Shown one piece after another: positions 1 to 5,252 of a DNA stretch of 5,252 nucleotides. The notes under the pieces are model-generated. The model did no database searches. It worked only from the letters and a program-made list of their open reading frames with translations, and was not told the DNA's origin. Made by a program: the position numbers and the translations under genes. The first letter of the stretch is position 1, and each line of letters begins with the position of its first letter. The stretch comes from Selaginella moellendorffii (taxonomy: Eukaryota > Plantae > Lycopodiophyta), in assembly GCF_000143415.4 (NCBI RefSeq), contig NW_003314740.1, positions 1 to 5,252 on the forward strand, written 5' to 3'.

Positions 1-1
1 G

Positions 2-348
2 ATGGTGGCTGCCGCTGACAGGTGGCGTTTCAGCTCATACGATACGAGCATGCTCACGGTCCGATCTTCACAGTTGCCGAGGACAGCGAGCCGCCAGCTT
101 TTCTCGAGGCACTGGCGTCTTCTCCGAAAGCTTCTTCGTCCAGGGATTGCGGTGCCAGTTCGTCTTCCAGCTCCCACTCACCAAAGGAAAAGGTGGTGTC
201 GATCTACGACACGGACTATGATATCTATTCCAAAGCCAGGGCAGGAGAGTTTACAGTCGCAATGCCCGTGAGAACACCGGTGTCGGCTATCCAGGGAATG
301 AGAAGTCCACAGCCAAACTGCAAGCCGTCACCTCCAAGCAAGAGCTAA
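2..348 (+). CDS. MKP1: 3' part of a plant MAP kinase phosphatase 1-like protein (gelsolin-like region), 5'-partial, with an apparent 1-nt frameshift at about 20-22 (possible pseudogene or assembly error)
   Basis: Frame 22..348 gives VAFQLIRYEHAHGPIFTVAEDSEPPAFLEAL...KVVSIYDTDYDIYSKARAGEF. This resembles two blocks of Arabidopsis MKP1 as I recall them (AVCQIARYEKVEAPIMVVREGDEPVYYWDAF and KVDAYNLDFEIFQKAIEGGF). The preceding MVAAADR (2..22) is in another frame. Stop TAA at 346-348. The catalytic domain lies outside the window. Confidence 0.75.
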
Positions 349-419
349 CTAGGAGACACCAGGAAAAGAAGACACACAGTTTTGCGGCGCCAGGGGCATT
401 TTGTCCGTGAACTGCAAAG

Positions 420-478
420 GTAAGTAAGCTTGCCACCACTGCTACTTCGCATGCTCCATTTTCTAAACCAGATTCCAG
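420..478 (+). other. Predicted intron downstream of the MKP1-like stop codon
   Basis: Consensus donor AAG|GTAAGT at 420. Candidate acceptors are CAG at 469-471 (52-nt intron) or CAG at 476-478 (59-nt intron). Size matches the other introns in the window. Confidence 0.6.
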
Positions 479-526
479 GTTTCGAAGAACGACACGGACA
501 GTTTTGTGAGGAGGTGTTCCGAGCGC

Positions 527-532
527 AATAAA
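527..532 (+). terminator. Candidate polyadenylation signal AATAAA for the MKP1-like gene
   Basis: AATAAA at 527-532 followed by a T-rich tract at about 553-580. Confidence 0.4.
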
Positions 533-621
533 AGAGGTGCACGCCTTATCCATTGTTTTAATTATTTGTAGCTTTTGACTCAGCGTTTTCCACTTGAATG
601 CAGGTGCAGGCAGTTCTAGCG

Positions 622-761
622 CTGCGAAACATAGCTTCCGAGCTCTCAGGTCCTCCCAATTAGTACTACTTAGAACACAGACTTTATACACAAGGGGGCA
701 AAAAACAAACAACGAGACAACAAAGAAAGAAAGTAAGTAACGAAAGCTCTCGTATTTCTAC
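622..761 (-). other. Possible 3'UTR intron of the MAPR/MSBP gene
   Basis: On the minus strand: CAG|GTAGAA donor at 761, U-rich body, TACTAAT branch-like motif (plus 659-665) and TTTCGCAG acceptor ending at 622. Several other AGs lie between branch and acceptor, so the 3' boundary is uncertain. Confidence 0.4.
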
Positions 762-781
762 CTGTGCAACTTGGACTGATG

Positions 782-796
782 CTTCTTCTTCTTCTT
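782..796. repeat. (CTT)5 microsatellite in the MAPR 3'UTR
   Basis: cttcttcttcttctt followed by degenerate gttcttc. Confidence 0.7.
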
Positions 797-824
797 GTTC
801 TTCGTCCAGCGCTGGAAGCACTGC

Positions 825-1151
825 TTATCCGGACGAGACAATGCCGCCAACGACGGGATACTTATCGGAGAACTTTTTCTCCCAGTCGAGTAAGGTTGTC
901 ATCTCCTTCTCGCTCAAATCATCGAGAGGGCCGCTCACCTCGTCCGGCTTGGTGCTCATCTTTGCGAGTCCTCGGCTAGCATCCTTTCCGGCGAACACGG
1001 CGTATGGTCCTCCCGGCCCGTAGAAGTTCGTGGCGCTCGAGACATTGTAGACTTTTCCGCGGATTGCAACGCACACGGGCAGCGTTGGGTCGCTTCCATC
1101 GAATTTTTTGAGCTCTCCGGCAGTGATGTTCCCGACTCTCGCGTAAGCCAT
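825..1151 (-). CDS. Cytochrome b5-like heme/steroid-binding domain protein (MAPR/MSBP/PGRMC family), short soluble type similar to Arabidopsis MAPR2 / steroid-binding protein 3; 108 aa, intronless CDS
   Basis: Family motifs ELKKFDGSD, VAIRGKVYNV, FYGPGGPYAVFAGKDASRGLAKMS and LLDWEKKFSDKYPVVG. The heme-ligand Tyr equivalent (GPY) and the KY motif are present. There is no N-terminal transmembrane segment and no HPGG motif of true cytochrome b5. Confidence 0.95.
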   Translation of the reverse strand: MAYARVGNITAGELKKFDGSDPTLPVCVAIRGKVYNVSSATNFYGPGGPYAVFAGKDASRGLAKMSTKPDEVSGPLDDLSEKEMTTLLDWEKKFSDKYPVVGGIVSSG

Positions 1152-1171
1152 CGAAAGATCTCTTTTTTTCT

Positions 1172-1334
1172 CTGCAAAGATTCAAGTGGTGAGTGAGCTC
1201 TGGATTTGTTTTTGCTCTTTCACTGATCGCGGGATGTTCGCAGGGAGCGAGAGTGAGAAAATTGAGCTAGAATTGGAGTGGAATTCGATCGAGGAGATTT
1301 TTTGGGACATCGCATTGAAGAAGAAAGCTCTCAC
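1172..1334 (-). other. Predicted 5'UTR intron of the MAPR/MSBP gene (163 nt)
   Basis: Minus-strand donor AAG|GTGAGA at 1334 and acceptor CTTTGCAG ending at 1172, 20 nt before the ATG. Confidence 0.65.
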
Positions 1335-1374
1335 CTTGTTATGTTCTTCGCCCCCCAAGTGTAGAGTTTTTAGG

Positions 1375-1490
1375 TAGGGTTTGTCACGACATCTTTTTAT
1401 GACGTGGCTGGTGACGTGTCACGGGCAGTGCATTTACTATGTTTTGCGACGTGGCAGCTGCCGTGGCTTGGGGTTTTTGTTTTTAGGGTT
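1375..1490. promoter_or_regulatory. Compact divergent promoter region between MAPR (-) and DBR1 (+) with three bZIP-type ACGT elements and telo-boxes
   Basis: TGACGTGGC 1400-1408, TGACGTGTC 1412-1420 and GACGTGGC 1448-1455 (ABRE/G-C-box-like). TAGGGTTT (telo-box AAACCCTA reversed) 1375-1382 and TAGGGTT 1484-1490. No clear TATA box. Confidence 0.6.
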
Positions 1491-1514
1491 CTTCGATTTT
1501 CTGGAGGGAAGGGA

Positions 1515-3274
1515 ATGGCGCTCCAGGATGAGAGCAAGCGGACAATGCGCGTGAGTGGCGCGTTTCCTCGCATTGTCTCAGCTGTGTTTCTTGCAGGTCG
1601 CCGTCGTTGGCTGCGCTCACGGCGAGCTCGACAAGATTTTCGCCACTGTGAGGCATGTGGAGGCCAGCGAGGGTTTGAAAATCGATCTTCTGCTGTGTTG
1701 TGGTGATTTCCAGGTTCGCTTGTCGATATTCTGTCGAAAATTTTCTCAAGAGGAAAGATTAATTTTCGCAGGCCGTAAGGAATGAGCTTGATCTTCAGTC
1801 GCTCGCTTGCCCTCCAAAGTATCGCTCTATGAACAGCTTTTGGAAATATTACGCTGGAATAGAGACTGCTCCGTGCACGACTGTTTTTATTGGAGGAAAT
1901 CACGAAGCCTCGAACTACTTGTGGGAATTGTAAGGGTTCATGCTAGAAAAAAGCTATGTTTTTTTTTTCTAGCTCGTTCTTTTAACGTTGGAACTTATAG
2001 ATACTACGGAGGATGGGTGGCTCCGAACATCTATTATCTGGGAGCTGCCGGAGTGATCTGGTTTGGCGGGCTTAGAATCGGTGGCTTGTCAGGAATTTAT
2101 AAGCAGCATGACTACCATCGAGGTAATTCACTCTTGTTCTGGAGTCTCTGATAATAAATTTTGTAACAGGGCATTTTGAGCGGCCTCCTTATAATCCTAA
2201 TGAGCTACGTTCTGTTTTCCACGTCCGTGAATACGATGTGCACAAGCTTCTCCAAATCAAAGAACCAATCGACATTTTCATGTCGCACGACTGGCCTCAA
2301 GGTATCGCACAATGTGGAGACTTGCAGGGGCTTTTGCGTTACAAGCCCTTCCTTCAACAAGAGGTCAGCTTGCCGGTATCCTTGTTTTCTTTGTGTTGAG
2401 TTCGCGGTTTAGATTGCAGACAATGTCTTGGGAAGTGTGCCTGCCAGAAATGTGCTTCTGAATCTGAAACCGTCGTATTGGTTTTCGGCGCATCTTCATG
2501 CCAAGTTTGCTGCTATTGTAAAGCATGGTGACGAGAAGACTACGAAGTTCTTAGCGTTGGACAAATGCCTACCGGGTCGCCCGTTTCTGCAGGTCTCTCT
2601 GGTGTTAAACTCGAGCATTGAAACTGACTCTCGATCTTCTTGTGAAGGTTTTTGATTTTCCCACGGCCGACGGAACATTGGAGGTCACCTATGACAAAGA
2701 ATGGCTGGGAATAACACGAGCTTATCACTCGTGTTTTCCTTTGGAGAGGGTTGTGAGGACTCGGTAAGTTTGTCCCTTTTTAATGTGCATCTTTGACACC
2801 ATATGTCGGCAGGGCGTGTTCAGACAGCAAAATCCATCGGGACTGGGTCGAAAACCTCTCGCTCACAAAGAGTTTGATTCCTTCTTCGTTTCAACAGACG
2901 GCTCCTATATATGATCCTCACAGAAAACTAACCGGTCCTACTGGTATGTGTACGCTTTTAGGCTTGCGTATTGTGTTCCAACTTCGCTTACATAAAGGCG
3001 TTCTTTCCACAGGACAAGCCAAAAATCCTCAAACGGAATACCTTCTGGACCTCCTGCAGTTGCCGTATTTGCTTGACGCGACACCCGGACGAGCTCAAGG
3101 TAAATAATCTCGTTTTCCTTTCCAGTCCTGCATTTACACACCTACTCTGCAGCGGGTCCCGTCGTGGATTTCAACGAAATCCGTCTCGAAGATGAAGAAG
3201 AACACGAGAAAGGCTGTACGGTGGCTGATCCCAATGAGATTGTGCTGGCTAACGATGATACAGACGTAAACTAA
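1515..3274 (+). CDS. DBR1: RNA lariat debranching enzyme (metallophosphoesterase), 10 exons, 1263 nt, 420 aa
   Basis: Exons 1515-1550, 1597-1713, 1772-1929, 2001-2122, 2170-2363, 2413-2592, 2648-2763, 2813-2943, 3013-3099, 3153-3274. All introns are GT-AG and phases are consistent. Hallmark motifs: [107 protein letters not shown], and an acidic tail. The last codons may differ if intron 3266-3341 is spliced. Confidence 0.96.
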
Positions 3275-3341
3275 TCGTCAACTCGCTTTCTATGTCCATC
3301 TCGACTTTATTCTCTCATGCTAACGGGTCTATCATGTACAG
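3266..3341 (+). other. Possible additional DBR1 intron that removes the stop at 3272-3274 and gives the ending ...DDTD-ATLR* (stop 3354-3356)
   Basis: Phase-0 donor GAC|GTAAAC at 3266, pyrimidine-rich body, branch motif GCTAAC 3319-3324, acceptor TACAG ending at 3341; 76 nt. Confidence 0.55.
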
Positions 3342-3629
3342 GCGACTTTGCGGTGATTCTAGAAGTTCGACACGCAATTGCTGTCCTCGATTCCCAACTT
3401 GGTTCTGTGTAGCAGTCATCTCATCCTTGATCTTTTCTCGCTTTGTGGGAGATGCGCATCCATCCTTTACGCGTCCCAAGTAAGTGGAGATGTTGTTCCT
3501 TATCTTTATTCCTCGTTTTTGCTTATCTTCGCTTCTACTTTCTTGTTGGCCATAGCAAAGCGAACGGTGGCTCATAGGACGATGATTTGGAGTTGGATAC
3601 AAAGTGACAATCAATGTGTTGGTGGTGGA

Positions 3630-4064
3630 ATGGCTGTTGCTGTTCTTGCAGCTCCACTGTGCTCTGTCGTCTCTCGGAGACACTGCTGCCCTTTCTGCTG
3701 CTCTGAGAGCCAGCACAGACGAACAAGGACTTCATTCTCCCCGCCCAGCCTGGTAAGCTTTTACTTCTACGCAGACAAAAACGTTTCCTCTCTCTCGTTT
3801 GTCTCTCAGGAAAAGCTAAAGTTTGATCACAAAAATCAAAGACGAGTACATTGTGTTGGATCTACTCGCGGTATGGTTTTCTTGAGCGTTTCTTTCGACA
3901 CTAAAGTTATTTGCTCGCTATCTCAGGTGTAAGCATAGAAGTGAAAGTACTTTGCGGACAAACTTAAAAATCCTTTCAATCCATAGCTTTGCTTCTCAGG
4001 TGGAAGAAGTATAGAAGCTATTGGAGATCAAAAGTTCTTTACGGACACACTTAAAAAATTCTAA
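3630..4064 (+). CDS. Putative small spliced protein of unknown function (74 or 82 aa) with a plastid transit-peptide-like N-terminus; may be a gene fragment or spliced non-coding/UTR sequence
   Basis: ATG in a good context (GGAATGGC) at 3630. Exons 3630-3752, 3810-3870, then 3927-3967 or 4000-4064. Donors CTG|GTAAGC and GCG|GTATGG; acceptors all TCTCAG. Exon 3810-3870 is open only in the frame set by this ATG. Product MAVAVLAAPLCSVVSRRHCCPFCCSESQHRRTRTSFSPPSLEKLKFDHKNQRRVHCVGSTRG plus VSIEVKVLCGQT* or GRSIEAIGDQKFFTDTLKKF*. No family recognised. Confidence 0.35.
3921..4057 (+). repeat. Degenerate tandem duplication of a splice acceptor plus exon (copies 3921-3970 and 3994-4057)
   Basis: Both copies begin TCTCAGGTG, contain ATAGAAG, and end in a 27-mer matching at 24/27 positions (aaagtactttgcggacaaacttaaaaa 3944-3970 vs aaagttctttacggacacacttaaaaa 4031-4057). 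Confidence 0.8.
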
Positions 4065-4137
4065 CGAGAAGCTCCTCTCTTTGATTTGTGCTCTACTTTC
4101 CTTTAAAGATTTGGTAGCGTTGGACTGGCGTTGGGTC

Positions 4138-4372
4138 GTCAAGCGGTCAATTCAACGCCGCGGCCTGCGGGAAAAATATTGTCAATCCCCGTAATAGAGG
4201 CGTTGACTGCGGTGACTGCCACGTGTCATTCCTCTTGGCGCTGGCGTGTCAGACAGGTGGCAGACTATGCCACGCTGTATCCCGCGTGGAGGGGTACGCA
4301 GTCAGCAAACTGCCACATCACCTAGCACGCATGCACGCCACGCGGACGGCCGAGATTCGCGAGGGGTTGACT
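4138..4372. promoter_or_regulatory. Cluster of candidate cis-elements upstream of the CER gene (G-box/ABRE, W-boxes, RY motif)
   Basis: GCCACGTGTC 4218-4227 (ABRE on both strands); W-box TTGACY at 4145-4150 (reverse), 4203-4208 and 4367-4372; CATGCA 4330-4335; several GCCACG/CGCGTG half-sites. Confidence 0.4.
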
Positions 4373-4390
4373 TTGGTTGAAATTTTCTCC

Positions 4391-4403
4391 GTGTGTGTGT
4401 GTG
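4391..4403. repeat. (GT)6 microsatellite
   Basis: gtgtgtgtgtgtg. Confidence 0.7.
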
Positions 4404-4607
4404 CCTCTGTTAAAGGCTGTCGCTCATTCAATGCGCGCAACGCGCTATTAGCAACTAACGCGAGGGAGAGCGATGAGAGTCCAAGGGCTTCAAAGAAGAG
4501 GAGGAGAATCCAGGGCGACGACCGAGACGACTGCGTCGCGCAGCGCTCATCTTCGCCGATGCTTCTTCTCTCGCTTCTCGCGAGGCCGTCTTGATCGTTG
4601 CCGCCGC

Positions 4608-4614
4608 TATAAAT
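4608..4614 (+). promoter_or_regulatory. Candidate TATA box of the CER gene
   Basis: CTATAAAT in a GC-rich context, with a pyrimidine/CA initiator-like stretch about 25-30 nt downstream. The leader from about 4640 to 4861 has no ATG. Confidence 0.55.
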
Positions 4615-4861
4615 CTCGCGAATGTAAGTCACCATTCCATCGCAGCGCAGGTTTCCAGCGATTCTCTCCTCTGGATCGCCTCTAGCTCGCAGATTTCCTC
4701 CCCATCTCGCTCCCTCTAGCTTTCTTGGTTCTTGATCAGGCCCCGGCCGACCCTCGGGCAGCGCATCGCGTGAATCGGCTCCGAAATATCGCATTCCCGT
4801 AGCAGCGCCGATCGATCGAAACCCTCTCCGGGGAAATATCGCGGCGATCCTTCCGTCCTCC

Positions 4862-5216
4862 ATGGGCGTGTCGACTGCTCCACTGGCCGACTGGCCATGG
4901 GAAACGCTCGGGAATCTCAAGGTTTGTGGCCCTCTCCTCTCTTTTGGTTTCTTGGCTGACAATCGATCGCTCGCTCGCTCGCCATGCAGTACATGATGTT
5001 TGCGCCATTTGTCGCTAAAGCGGCGCACTCCCATTTTTTCGCCGCTCGGCATTCTTCCACCGATCCCTGGTGGTTCCATCTCGTCCTCCTCGTTTTCTTG
5101 AGGTACCTCCAGCAGCAGGCATGGATCACGGTCTCCAGGCTCTACTTCCTTGTCAAGAAGTACCAGATTCAACAGTTTGCGCTGAGCTACGAGCAAGTGG
5201 ATCGGGAATTCCACTG
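4862..5216 (+). CDS. CER3: ECERIFERUM CER1/CER3 (WAX2) family very-long-chain alkane biosynthesis protein, first two coding exons, 3'-partial; more CER3-like
   Basis: Exon 1 (4862-4921) gives MGVSTAPLADWPWETLGNLK. Intron 4922-4989 is GT..CAG with CTGAC branch at 4956-4960. Exon 2 (4990-5216) gives YMMFAPFVAKA...PWWFHLVLLVFLRYLQQQAWITVSRL...YEQVDREFHW, with donor TG|GTAACT at 5217. WPW-x-x-LGNLKY and QVDRE-x-x-W are family N-terminal signatures. CER3 versus CER1 is less certain than the family call. Confidence 0.88.
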
Positions 5217-5252
5217 GTAACTTGGATTCGATTCTTTGCTCGGTGTGTCTAA

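Noticed and set aside
287-712. 141-aa minus-strand ORF and the other short ORFs overlapping UTRs or antisense to DBR1 and MAPR (e.g. 1397..1903, 3315..3716)
   Set aside because: No recognisable motifs; explained as alternative-frame or antisense shadows of real genes and UTRs.
2376-2383. GTATCCTT, the U12 minor-spliceosome donor consensus, 12 nt inside DBR1 intron 5 and in frame
   Set aside because: It would leave a 37-nt intron with no TCCTTAAC-type branch site and insert four residues that the DBR1 alignment does not need. One 8-mer match in 5 kb is plausible by chance.
3123-3125. In-frame alternative acceptor CAG in DBR1 intron 9
   Set aside because: It would make a 26-nt intron, far below the other introns here.
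3378-3932. 184-aa unspliced plus-strand ORF
   Set aside because: Non-ATG start, and it reads through three T-rich intron-like segments with strong splice signals. The spliced model explains the region better.
4152-4206. Inverted repeat TCAACGCC/GGCGTTGA with an inner 6-bp stem
   Set aside because: Too short and interrupted for a miRNA precursor or MITE; no target-site duplication or RNA family features seen.
4318-5214. 298-aa minus-strand ORF
   Set aside because: It starts at GTG, lies antisense to CER exons, intron, leader and promoter in GC-rich DNA, and has no recognisable domain; most likely a shadow ORF.
825-5216. Possible functional cluster of a cytochrome b5-like gene with the CER gene, since CER1/CER3 use cytochrome b5 as a cofactor
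   Set aside because: The protein is MAPR-type (Tyr-ligated, no HPGG motif, no membrane anchor), not a true CYTB5, and DBR1 lies between them. Proximity is expected in so compact a genome. Conserved synteny would be needed to revive the idea.
1-5252. Prokaryotic-type systems (operons, CRISPR arrays, defence islands), tRNA/rRNA genes and transposons
   Set aside because: The window is spliceosomal-intron-containing plant DNA. I saw no spaced repeat arrays, cloverleafs, terminal repeats or transposase/RT motifs.

Overview
Gene-dense eukaryotic DNA from a land plant, with very short GT-AG introns (mostly 46-76 nt) and tiny intergenic gaps. This architecture suggests a compact genome such as the lycophyte Selaginella (inference only). 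Left to right: (1) the 3' end of an MKP1-like MAP kinase phosphatase gene (+), with an apparent 1-nt frameshift near position 21, an early stop and an intron downstream of the stop; (2) a small soluble cytochrome b5-like heme/steroid-binding (MAPR/MSBP) gene (-) with an intronless CDS; (3) a short divergent promoter with ACGT elements and telo-boxes; (4) a complete 10-exon RNA lariat debranching enzyme gene DBR1 (+, about 420 aa); (5) a chain of further splice signals running from the DBR1 end into a small spliced ORF I do not recognise, with a transit-peptide-like N-terminus and a tandemly duplicated last exon; (6) the promoter and first two coding exons of a CER1/CER3-family wax alkane biosynthesis gene (+), which runs off the window. 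I saw no RNA genes, mobile elements or CRISPR arrays, and I cannot claim a new biological system. The best leads are the post-DBR1 spliced unit and the MKP1 lesions. All homology calls rest on recalled family sequences, not on database searches.
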